From: an uncultured delta proteobacterium
GTDB taxonomy: Bacteria; Desulfobacterota; RBG-13-43-22
Assembly: GCA_963843145.1 (NCBI GenBank)
Contig: CAWJJC010000028.1
Coordinates: forward strand, 576,001 to 640,000
DNA length: 64,000 nt
Direction: 5' to 3'
Shown: one piece after another, positions 18,647-27,444 of the stretch
Layout: every line of letters starts with the position of its first letter
Position numbering within the stretch: position 1 is the first letter of the stretch
Position numbers and translations under genes: made by a program
The notes under the pieces: model-generated
Told to the model about the DNA's origin: nothing
The model's database searches: none
Seen by the model: only the letters and a program-made list of their open reading frames with translations

Positions 18647-20471
18647 ACCTTTCATCCTCCCTCACCGGGAATACTTTCCGCGGAAACTCCCCTCGGTCGC
18701 CAGAACCCTCATTATTTTTCTTTTAAGCTGGGGTCTGGTTAACTGGACCGGGTGTGCGCTTTCCCCCCCTCACTCCCGGGATCAGAAAGCGACCTCTCTC
18801 ACCCGCGTGGTGCTGGAGAAGAAGCCTCCCAGCAAGGAGAGCGAAATTTATTATCACCTTATCCTCGGCGCGATGTACGGCCAGGGAAACCAGAATCTGT
18901 TGGCCGCCGCCGAGTTTGAAAAGGCCCTGGCGCTTCAACCACGGGAGCCTTCCCTGATGTTGGAATTGGCCCAACTGTATTACAAGATGATGGAAATAGA
19001 GAAGGCCCTGGCCCTGATCCAGAGGGCCATCAACCTGGACCCCAAGTCTAGAGAGGCTTACCTGCTCCTAGGGGAAATGCAGATCGCCCAGGGGAAATGG
19101 GAAGGGGCCTTGAAAACCTATCAGTCCCTGGAAAAGTTGGACCCGGATAGTGAAGAAGCTCAATTTTTCCAGGGTCTGGCTTACCTCCAGCTTAAAAAAT
19201 ATCCTCAGGCGGTGGAGGTCTTTAAAAGGACCGCCAAGAGTCATCCGGACTCGGATCGGGCGCATTTTTTTCTGGGTAAAGTCTATCTTTCTCTTAAACA
19301 ATTCGATCGGGCTGAAAAAGCCCTCCAGGAGACGCTAAAACTGAATCCGCTCCATGAAGGGGCCACTTTGGGGTTGGGTTATCTCTATGAATTGAGGGAC
19401 CATCCCCGCCAGGCCTTGGAGATGTACCAGAAAGTGCTGCACTTGAACCCGGAGAACGTAGAGGCCCAGGAGCGGGCCGGGGATCAATATTTGCAGTTGG
19501 AGAAGTTCGAGCAGGCTCGGCAGTTATTTATCCATTTAAAACGACAAACCCACAATGACCCAGAAATTCGATTCCGTATCGGGATTATCTATCTTGAAAA
19601 CAAGCGCCTCGAAGAGGCCCAGGAGGAGTTTAAGGCCCTGATCAAGGAAAAGCCCGGTGCGGATAAAGTCCGCTATGCCTTGGCCAATACCTTGTTTGAA
19701 AAGAAGGAGTACCGTCAGGCCGAGGAGGTCTTGAGCCCGATCGGCCCCCAATCGGATTACCATGCCCCCTCGTTGATTCTGCGGGCCCATATTCTAGAGA
19801 AAGAAAAAAAGGTTGTCGAGGCTATCCAGTTGCTGGAGAAGGCCCTGATTGCCTTCCCCAAAAAAATTGATCTTTACCTTTCCCTGGCCTCCCTCCATGA
19901 ACAAAAGAACCAATTTCCGGAAAGTTATATAATTCTGAAGGAAGGTTTGGAGGTTGACCCGGAAAACGCCGAACTCAATTTCCGGCTGGGGGTCCTCTTG
20001 GACAAGATGGGCAAAAAAAAGGAAAGTATTCAACAACTTAAAACGGCCATCGAAAAAGATCCCTTCCATGTTTCGGCATTAAATTACTTGGGTTATACCT
20101 ACGCCGAGAAAGGGGTCCAACTGGATGAGGCCGAGGAGTTGATCAAAAGGGCCTTGAAATTCAAACCCAATGACGGCTTCATTATCGACAGTCTGGGCTG
20201 GGTGTACTACAAAAAGAAAAAATGGGATGAAGCAGTCATCGAACTGGAAAAGGCCTGGAAGCGAGTTCCAGGCGATCCGAACATCGGCGAGCATCTGGGG
20301 GATGCCTACATTAAGAAGAATTATTGGGATAAGGCCTTGCGAATTTATCGCAAGGTTTTGGACCTAAATCCGGGGGCCAAGGAGAAGGAAGGGATTCAGA
20401 AAAAAATAAAAGAGGTTCAGGATAAACTGGAAGAAGAAAGAAAAAATTCCGAACGGGGGATTTATTATTAG
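18633..20471 (+). CDS. TPR-repeat lipoprotein
   Basis: lipobox-like TGC, many TPRs, ALNYLGYTYAE...DSLGWVYY...EHLGD. Confidence 0.88.
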   Translation: MSPSKPFILPHREYFPRKLPSVARTLIIFLLSWGLVNWTGCALSPPHSRDQKATSLTRVVLEKKPPSKESEIYYHLILGAMYGQGNQNLLAAAEFEKALALQPREPSLMLELAQLYYKMMEIEKALALIQRAINLDPKSREAYLLLGEMQIAQGKWEGALKTYQSLEKLDPDSEEAQFFQGLAYLQLKKYPQAVEVFKRTAKSHPDSDRAHFFLGKVYLSLKQFDRAEKALQETLKLNPLHEGATLGLGYLYELRDHPRQALEMYQKVLHLNPENVEAQERAGDQYLQLEKFEQARQLFIHLKRQTHNDPEIRFRIGIIYLENKRLEEAQEEFKALIKEKPGADKVRYALANTLFEKKEYRQAEEVLSPIGPQSDYHAPSLILRAHILEKEKKVVEAIQLLEKALIAFPKKIDLYLSLASLHEQKNQFPESYIILKEGLEVDPENAELNFRLGVLLDKMGKKKESIQQLKTAIEKDPFHVSALNYLGYTYAEKGVQLDEAEELIKRALKFKPNDGFIIDSLGWVYYKKKKWDEAVIELEKAWKRVPGDPNIGEHLGDAYIKKNYWDKALRIYRKVLDLNPGAKEKEGIQKKIKEVQDKLEEERKNSERGIYY

Positions 20472-20655
20472 GTTCGGGATACTAATAGAATCGGCGGCCG
20501 TTTTTCTTTTCCTGATCCTCTCTTTTTATCCCCCGACGGTTGGAGCCCAGCCTTCCAGTACTCCGGCAATAACCGCTCCCGGTCCTTCCCTGGAGGAGCA
20601 ATGGGAGCGTCTGCAAAGCCTTCCTCCCTCTATTCCCTGGGAGGCCTCCGGCAGC

Positions 20656-21249
20656 TTGTTATACGAAGCGCCGGGAGAGCGTTATCGGTTGGGGTTCCGC
20701 TTATTGGCCCGGGATTACCGGTCGTTGCGCCTGGAGTTGTCCGATCCCTTCGGACGGCCGGTTTACTATCTGGTTTTTTATCAGGGGCGGACTAAGGCCC
20801 TTTCTTTAATGGATAAGAAAGTTGTTCCCCTCGACCTGCCCGCGCTCCTGAAGGCCTTTCCTCTTCCCTCCGAAACTCGCTGGGAGGATATTTTTCAACT
20901 CTTCTGGGGACGGGCGCCTCTCTTTTCTGGTGGAACCGGTCCGATCCGAGCCCAGGCAGACCGGGATCCCAATCGAATGAAGTTTCTGGTCGATGGGACG
21001 CCTCCTCAAATCATCCGAGTGGAAAAGGAACCCTTCCGAGTGGTGGGGATGGAAATCCCCGGACGTGGAACTTCGGAAGCTCTCGAGATCTCATTTTCCA
21101 ATTTTATTGAATTGGCCGGGTCCTATTGGCCGAAGAAGATAGAGGCTCGGGGCTTGGACAGCGAAAAAAAGTTGACCATTCAGTACGAACAAATAATTCC
21201 CCGGTCCGATATCCCGGACGAGGCCTTCCTGATCGCGGAACCAAGATAA
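20656..21249 (+). CDS. LolB/DUF4292-like outer-membrane-associated protein; true start probably upstream
   Basis: LRLELSDPFGRP motif; position after the TPR gene; frame open back to 20410 with a signal-like segment. Confidence 0.65.
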   Translation: MLYEAPGERYRLGFRLLARDYRSLRLELSDPFGRPVYYLVFYQGRTKALSLMDKKVVPLDLPALLKAFPLPSETRWEDIFQLFWGRAPLFSGGTGPIRAQADRDPNRMKFLVDGTPPQIIRVEKEPFRVVGMEIPGRGTSEALEISFSNFIELAGSYWPKKIEARGLDSEKKLTIQYEQIIPRSDIPDEAFLIAEPR

Positions 21250-21386
21250 ATTCGAAATCCGAAGCACGAAGCTCGAAACAAGCACGAAGGTCCAAAATCC
21301 AAATGATCAAAACGAAATCGTTTCGAATTTTGAGATTTGGTCATTTGAATTTGTTTCGGATTTTGTGCTTCGAATTTCGGATTTAG
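21247..21386. repeat. heptad palindromic element copy 1
   Basis: TAAATTCGAAATCCGAAGCACGAA...TTCGAATTTCGGATTTAG; homologous to three other copies. Confidence 0.9.
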
Positions 21387-21399
21387 GGTTTCTAAATCT

Positions 21400-21870
21400 A
21401 TGCGTCTCTGGTTAGCCCCCCACCTGGCTCATCTTAATAAAATTATGCGCATGGCCGGCCTGGATACCCGGATCTGGAAGAAGGGAGTCGGGGGGATTGA
21501 ACCGGAGGACCGGGTGATTCAGCTCCTTCGTTATCCCTTGCCGGTAAAAGGGGTGACGGTGGTTTCCTTAGTCTCGGAGGAGAGCCGGGAACAACTTCAG
21601 GAGGTGTTTAAAGCCCTGGCGTTCAAACCGAACCGGACTGGTCCGCTGGGCCGCTGTATCCGTTGCAACCATCCTTTAAAACGACTGAATTCCGAGGAAT
21701 TGGCCCGATTTCAATCTGTCATCCCGGTCTATATCTTGCAAACCCAACGACAGTTTAACCGCTGCGAAAGGTGTGGGCGGATCTATTGGCAGGGAACCCA
21801 CGCCCGTAATATGAGGCGTCGAATGGAGGAGTGGGGAATTATCGGCCGCAATCTCCCGGATGACCCTTGA
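21400..21870 (+). CDS. Mut7-C RNase (PIN-like + Zn ribbon) domain protein
   Basis: RCIRCN...CERCGRIYWQGTH signature. Confidence 0.85.
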   Translation: MRLWLAPHLAHLNKIMRMAGLDTRIWKKGVGGIEPEDRVIQLLRYPLPVKGVTVVSLVSEESREQLQEVFKALAFKPNRTGPLGRCIRCNHPLKRLNSEELARFQSVIPVYILQTQRQFNRCERCGRIYWQGTHARNMRRRMEEWGIIGRNLPDDP

Positions 21871-22327
21871 TCTTTTCAATGGCATGGGGCAGAGCGGGCA
21901 AAATCACCGGGAACATTTCTTCAATCGCTTTTATACTTCCGGGCAGGTTAACGATGAGGGTCTCTCCGCGGAAGCCCGCTTTCGCCCGGGAGATTTGAGC
22001 CAAGGGGGTATGCCTCAATCCCTCGGCCCGCATGGCCTCGGCCATGCCCGGGATTTCCCTGTGGAGTACCTGGGCCGTCGCTTCCGGGGTGATATCCCGG
22101 GGGCTGACCCCGGTCCCTCCGGTGGTCAGGATCAGGTCCAATTTTTTCCGGTCGGCCCAATCGACCAAGGCCGCGGCTATGGCCGGAATATCATCCGGAA
22201 CGATGGCGGTGACGGCTACCTGATAATATTGGTGATCAAGCAACTTTTGGAGGGCAGGGCCTCCCAGGTCTTCACGTAGTCCCTGAGAGGCCTTGTCACT
22301 GATGGTCAGGATTCCGACTTGGTACAT
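21839..22327 (-). CDS. mog: molybdopterin adenylyltransferase Mog/MoaB family
   Basis: TISD, TTGGTGVSPRDITPEAT, SRA, NLPGS; start at MYQVG. Confidence 0.9.
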   Translation of the reverse strand: MYQVGILTISDKASQGLREDLGGPALQKLLDHQYYQVAVTAIVPDDIPAIAAALVDWADRKKLDLILTTGGTGVSPRDITPEATAQVLHREIPGMAEAMRAEGLRHTPLAQISRAKAGFRGETLIVNLPGSIKAIEEMFPVILPALPHAIEKIKGHPGDCGR

Positions 22328-22350
22328 GGCTTTTTTAGCTGCCCAAAGGT

Positions 22351-22514
22351 TAAATCCGAAATCCGAAACTCGAAACTCGAAACAAAACCGAATGTTCAAA
22401 ATTCAAATGACCAAAACGAAGGCCCCCTTCGCGGCAGGAAGATTCTTGTTTCGAATTTTGAATTTCGGTCATATGAATTTGTTTTGAATTTCGGATTTCG
22501 AGTTTCGAATTTAG
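22351..22514. repeat. heptad palindromic element copy 2
   Basis: TAAATCCGAAATCCGAAACTCGAAA...TTTCGAGTTTCGAATTTAG. Confidence 0.9.
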
Positions 22515-22532
22515 CCCGGTGTAGGCTTTAAT

Positions 22533-24620
22533 TTATTCCTCCTCCTGCGCCGTTTTGGCCTCCTGAATGATCTTTTCACTCATATAGGCCGGGATCTCTT
22601 CATAGTGGGTGAATTCCATCTGAAAATAGCCCCTTCCTCCGGTCAGGGCCGTCAGGTCCGGGGCATATTTAGCCACTTCCGCCATAGGGGCCTGGGCCGT
22701 TACCACCTGAACATTATCTTTGGCTTCAACGCCCATAACCTTCCCCCGACGACTGTTTAAGTCGCCGATCACATCCCCCACATTGTCATCCGGTACGAAA
22801 ATCAACATTTTGACCATCGGTTCCAGCATGGTCGGCTGAGCCTGTTGGACCGCCTTTTTAAAGGCCATGGAGGCGGCAATTTTAAAGGCCATTTCCGAGG
22901 AGTCCACTTCGTGGGATTTCCCGTCATAAAACCGGATCTTGAAATCCACCACCGGGTAGCCGGCCAGCACGCCCCGCACCATAGCTTCGGTAATCCCTTT
23001 CTCAACGGCCGGGACGAAGTTGCGGGGCACGTTCATCCCCACCAAGGCGTCCTGAAACTCAAAACCCTTGCCCCGTTCGAGGGGTAAGATGTCGATATGG
23101 ACTTCGGCGAATTGTCCCCGGCCGCCGGTCTGTTTTTTGTGCCGGTAAATGATGCCTTTGGCCGCCTGGCGAATGGTTTCCAGGTAGGGGATTTTAGGGG
23201 CCTTGAGGATTACCTCCAGCCCGAATTTTCTTTTTAATTTTTCAACCGTGGTTTCCAGATGGACCTGTCCCATTCCGGAAAGGATGATTTCTTTGGTCTG
23301 GGAATCCCTGTCCAGGCGCAGGGTGGGGTCTTCTTCCATGAGGCGGTTCAGGGATGAGAAAACCTTATCTTCGTCGCCTTTGTTCTTGGCCTCAATGGCA
23401 TAGGAAATGACCGCGCTGGCCGGCGGTTGAAAGGGGAAAAGGATCGGATCCTTTTCATCGGCCAGACTGTCGCCGGTGACGGTCTCTTTCAGTTTGGAGA
23501 CCGCCAATATTTCTCCGGGATGGCCGACGGAGATTGGTTTTTGGGTTTTGCCCTCCAGCATGAAGAGCTGTCCGAATCGTTCTTTGACTCCGCGGGTGAC
23601 GTTGTAAAATCCGGAATCGGCAGTTAAGGTCCCGGAAAAGATGCGGAATATGGTCAACCGCCCGGCATAGGGATCGGCCATGGTCTTAAAAGCCAGGGCC
23701 GAAAAAGGGGCCTCCACGGCGGGTTCCCGCAGTTTTTCTTCCTTGGTCTTGGGGTCCTGGCCTTTATGGGCGCCCCGGTCCAGGGGAGAGGGGAGGTTGG
23801 CATTGATGGCCTCCAGGAGAAGATCCACTCCGAGGTTCTTCAAAGCCGAACCGCAGAAGACGGGGACAAAGCTTCGCCCTAAAACGGCCTTCCGTAAACC
23901 CTGAACCAATTCCTCGGAAGTCAGTTCCTGCCCGTCCAGGTATTTTTCAACCAGGCGGTCGTCGGTCTCAGCGATGCTTTCAATCAGGTTATCCCGAAAG
24001 GCCTTGACCTCTTCTTCCAGCTCTGTGGGCAAAGCCGTTTCTTTTCCTAAACCGTTCCCGCCTTCACTGTAGGCATAGGCCTTTTGATCAAGAATGGAGA
24101 CGACTCCGCTCAAGGTTTCACCACCCCCGAGGGGCAGGGCCAGGGGCAGGGCCTTGGCCTTTAAAAGTTTCCGTATGGATTCCAATGTCTTGGCGAAGTC
24201 GGACCGTTCCCGGTCCAGTTTGTTGATGAAGATCAAACAGGGAATTTCGTAGCGGTTGGCCAGTTGCCATACCCGCTCGGTCTGGACCTTGACCCCGTCC
24301 ACGGCATCGACCACTAAAATAATGCTGTCCAGGACCTGGAGGCAGGAGAAAGTATCCGCAATAAAATTATCGTCCCCCGGGGTGTCGGCAAAAAAGACCC
24401 GATGTTTTTTCCAGTCATAATGGTGAAAGGCCGTACTGATGGTCAGGTTTCTTTTGACTTCCTCGGCTTCGAAATCCAGAACCGAGGTGCCGTCGTCCAC
24501 CCGTCCCAAGCGATCGGTGGCCTTAGTGGTGAATAAGAGGGCTTCTCCCAGGGAGGTCTTTCCGGCGCCGCTGTGGGCGACCAATCCGATGTTGCGAATC
24601 TTTTCCAGGTTTTTTTCCAT
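22533..24620 (-). CDS. fusA: elongation factor G paralogue (EF-G2 type)
   Basis: AHSGAGKT, DTPG, NKLD, GMGQVHL, KKQTGGRGQF, HEVDSSEMAF; not in str operon; switch I RNLTI instead of RGITI. Confidence 0.93.
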   Translation of the reverse strand: MEKNLEKIRNIGLVAHSGAGKTSLGEALLFTTKATDRLGRVDDGTSVLDFEAEEVKRNLTISTAFHHYDWKKHRVFFADTPGDDNFIADTFSCLQVLDSIILVVDAVDGVKVQTERVWQLANRYEIPCLIFINKLDRERSDFAKTLESIRKLLKAKALPLALPLGGGETLSGVVSILDQKAYAYSEGGNGLGKETALPTELEEEVKAFRDNLIESIAETDDRLVEKYLDGQELTSEELVQGLRKAVLGRSFVPVFCGSALKNLGVDLLLEAINANLPSPLDRGAHKGQDPKTKEEKLREPAVEAPFSALAFKTMADPYAGRLTIFRIFSGTLTADSGFYNVTRGVKERFGQLFMLEGKTQKPISVGHPGEILAVSKLKETVTGDSLADEKDPILFPFQPPASAVISYAIEAKNKGDEDKVFSSLNRLMEEDPTLRLDRDSQTKEIILSGMGQVHLETTVEKLKRKFGLEVILKAPKIPYLETIRQAAKGIIYRHKKQTGGRGQFAEVHIDILPLERGKGFEFQDALVGMNVPRNFVPAVEKGITEAMVRGVLAGYPVVDFKIRFYDGKSHEVDSSEMAFKIAASMAFKKAVQQAQPTMLEPMVKMLIFVPDDNVGDVIGDLNSRRGKVMGVEAKDNVQVVTAQAPMAEVAKYAPDLTALTGGRGYFQMEFTHYEEIPAYMSEKIIQEAKTAQEEE

Positions 24621-24635
24621 TCCTTATCCTTTCCC

Positions 24636-24722
24636 TCTAAATTTTGTGACCCATCAGCCCTTTGAAACCAATGGATCTTGAACCATCGCCTGCTAAAGGG
24701 CTGATGGGTCACAAAATTTAGA
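24636..24722. repeat. perfect 28-bp inverted repeat (mini-MITE-like) in fusA leader
   Basis: TCTAAATTTTGTGACCCATCAGCCCTTT / AAAGGGCTGATGGGTCACAAAATTTAGA with a 31-nt loop. Confidence 0.9.
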
Positions 24723-24817
24723 ATGATAGTAAAAAAAACAAGCCCCGTCAAGGTAAAATCTTTTATTATCAGGTAGTTGATTATTTTGGGAAAATTGATC
24801 GCGATCGCAGAAGGGGC

Positions 24818-24845
24818 TTGACAAAAGAAAATATTGAAGTATAAT
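24818..24845 (+). promoter_or_regulatory. consensus sigma70 promoter of tRNA-fMet
   Basis: TTGACA-N16-TATAAT. Confidence 0.85.
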
Positions 24846-24855
24846 ATTATTTTTT

Positions 24856-24932
<77 letters not shown>

Positions 24933-24940
24933 ATAAAATC

Positions 24941-24975
24941 AATGCCTTATGGAGATTTTTTCATAAGGCATTTTT
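24941..24975 (+). terminator. tRNA terminator
   Basis: AATGCCTTATG...CATAAGGCATT then TTT. Confidence 0.8.
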
Positions 24976-25023
24976 ATTTTGTGCCCCTATTGTGCACCTG
25001 GAAGAAAAGGGGGTGATCTAACC

Positions 25024-25494
25024 GTGTGGAATGTTTATGATCGCCTCTACATCGGATCCATCCGGGATTGCTTCCATGAAAAGGAGGGCTGGGCTACGGT
25101 TCATGCCTGTAAGAGCCCCTGCCATCAAAGGGCCGTTGGTTATCAGAAAAGCCTCCCGAGTGCCCATCCCAATTATTTAATCTTTGAACGGCCTCAAAAT
25201 CTTTATCTGAATATGATTGATCCTCCCGTGCCTCTATTTAGGCCCCAACTTTTTACCGGGTTTTTAGGATTTGCAAGGGCACAATGGGAGGGTGGGCAAA
25301 ACCTATTGATCCACTGCAATCAGGGTGAGTCTCGGGCTCCATCCCTGGCCCTTTTGTTCCTGGCCAAGGCTTTGGGGGCCCTCCCCACTGAAAGTTATGG
25401 GCTGGCCTTCCAGGAGTTCGTCAAACTATACCCCCCTTATTCCCCCGGGTTGGGGATCCAAACTTATTTATGGAAGAATTGGGGCATGTTTTAG
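25024..25494 (+). CDS. dual-specificity/PTP-like phosphatase
   Basis: RLYIGS start and LIHCNQGESRA (HCX5R P-loop); GTG start after GGGGTGA. Confidence 0.8.
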   Translation: MWNVYDRLYIGSIRDCFHEKEGWATVHACKSPCHQRAVGYQKSLPSAHPNYLIFERPQNLYLNMIDPPVPLFRPQLFTGFLGFARAQWEGGQNLLIHCNQGESRAPSLALLFLAKALGALPTESYGLAFQEFVKLYPPYSPGLGIQTYLWKNWGMF

Positions 25495-25884
25495 GATTAT
25501 AATTGGCGGGTAAGCCGGACCATGACTTCTTCCTGCATTGAAAGTTCCGTTGTGAAAAAACAGAAGAGTATAAACGGTATTCAACAAAAGGACTTTCAAT
25601 TCTTGCCCCCTTCATTTTTAGACATGGGGAAGGAGGATTAAGTCGAAGGTTTTGAAAAGATGAGGGCAGGAAGAAAGGAAAATGGCCAACAGGAAAGAAT
25701 TAAAAGTGTAAGACGTTAGTTTCGGATAAATCGTGATAGCAGTTTTTTCTTGACAAGAAGTTCTTATTAAGTATTGTCATTAAGTCCTACGATATCTCTA
25801 GCGCATTATTACGGCTGTTCTGTCGGTCTAATTTTTGTTTGTACGCGTTTTGCTACCTTGTCAAAAAAGTGAAAAGGGGGAATT

Positions 25885-26703
25885 ATGAAAAGAGCGGTGA
25901 TCGTATCACTAACCATGCTGTTTCTGAGCGTTTCTGTAACTGGCTTATGGGCGGGGGAACCGGTTAATCTGAACCTTCCTAATCAGAATAACCTCTTCCT
26001 TCCACTAATTGAGAATGGGCTTGCGCCGGCATCGGAAGAACTCACCGGCCGGTGGGAAGGAATAGGAACAACTTGGGAATGGTTTGGCGCCTTCGGCCTT
26101 CTTCTGAAGCAGTCAGGGAGCTTAGTGACAGCTACATTTGTTAGTGGACAACTCAGTAATGTGGAGTTTGTCAATGGTGTGCTCACGGGTACAATGCTTG
26201 CTGCCAACAAGACATTTGATTTTCATTTCACGCTTTCCACCGATAAGCAAACCCTCGACGGAACGATCATAGTGCATGAAAGTGGTAAGGCCGATAAGAC
26301 TATCCCGATTACCTTCAAGCGGTTGTCCAATGATCCGACCTATCCGGATTTAACCCCGCCGGTGGTTGAGCAGATCACGTTATCTCCCTCACCACCCTAT
26401 GTGATCAGCATTAGATGGTCTAAACCGATGTATGGGTGGTCTATACAATTAAGAACCTATATTGGCGGGATTCCTAGTACGTTTGATGGCCTCGATCTGG
26501 TTGATAAAACAACATTCACCTACAATCCCCAGACGTACACCTTCACCATGCAAATCAAATCATACATTGTTCCGGATACTGGGGCTGCTTCCACATTGAG
26601 CCTCTGTTCGGGAGTAGTCCTTTGGAGCAGTGAATATGGAATACCCGCGTGGCCGGATTGTAGCCAAGCTACACCGATCAACTTTAATTGGCCGAACCTT
26701 TAA
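25885..26703 (+). CDS. exported hypothetical beta-rich protein
   Basis: signal peptide, RBS AAGGGGG, TTGACA-N16-TATTGT upstream, atypical codon usage. Confidence 0.75.
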   Translation: MKRAVIVSLTMLFLSVSVTGLWAGEPVNLNLPNQNNLFLPLIENGLAPASEELTGRWEGIGTTWEWFGAFGLLLKQSGSLVTATFVSGQLSNVEFVNGVLTGTMLAANKTFDFHFTLSTDKQTLDGTIIVHESGKADKTIPITFKRLSNDPTYPDLTPPVVEQITLSPSPPYVISIRWSKPMYGWSIQLRTYIGGIPSTFDGLDLVDKTTFTYNPQTYTFTMQIKSYIVPDTGAASTLSLCSGVVLWSSEYGIPAWPDCSQATPINFNWPNL

Positions 26704-27163
26704 TCAAAGCTTAGTGTTTCCATCAGGGAGGGTGGAGGCCCTTCGCCTCCAGGCGATTGTTGGATTTTGGTTGCGTGTTTGCGCTCGGGGAAAACGGGTG
26801 AAATGTTTTTTATATTAGATTTTTGCATCCATTATAAGAGACAAAATCTCAGGGCAATGGATGTAAAAATCTAATTCCCTGAAAGACCGTCTTTTTCGGG
26901 CGCCTTGGTTTTCACCCCAGGGAATCATACAGCCTTTCCGTCGCTTCGGCAATCCGGGTCCAGGAAAGCGGTAGCAAGGCGGCCGCCAATTAAAAGCGTT
27001 TGTCATCCGCCTTGCATTTTGTCTTTATTTAAAGCAGCCCCCCCCGCCCCCCGGACGGCGGACTGACTGTTCCAGACAGACCGCCTGGGGGGTTCCTTAT
27101 TTTTTTAGCGGTGGCTATCAACCCGTCCCAACTCACCTCCCTTCGGTCGGGGAGATAGGAGGG

Positions 27164-27444
27164 CTGGATTATTAATTTTATCCCCCCGGCCCCCTTATCG
27201 CCAGCGGCACTCACGCCCCCCGGATTAAAACTTTTCCGTGTGACGTGAGAGCCGCAGGCTGGGGGAGTTGTGGAAGAGCCCCCGGGATTTACTTCCCCCT
27301 CCGCCCGCCTTACTGATCTTCGACGACGGGTGAAGAAAACCCCGAGGGCTTATTATTTAAGATTTTACCCCCCCGGCCCCCCAAATCGGCCAACGGCACT
27401 CACGCCCCACTTTTAAATACTTCTACGTGTGACGTCAGAGCCGA
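27164..27444. repeat. two diverged ~90-nt direct repeats
   Basis: ATTTTA.CCCCCCGGCCCCC...CGGCACTCACGCCCC...CGTGTGACGT.AGAGCCG at ~27165-27254 and ~27350-27443. Confidence 0.8.
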
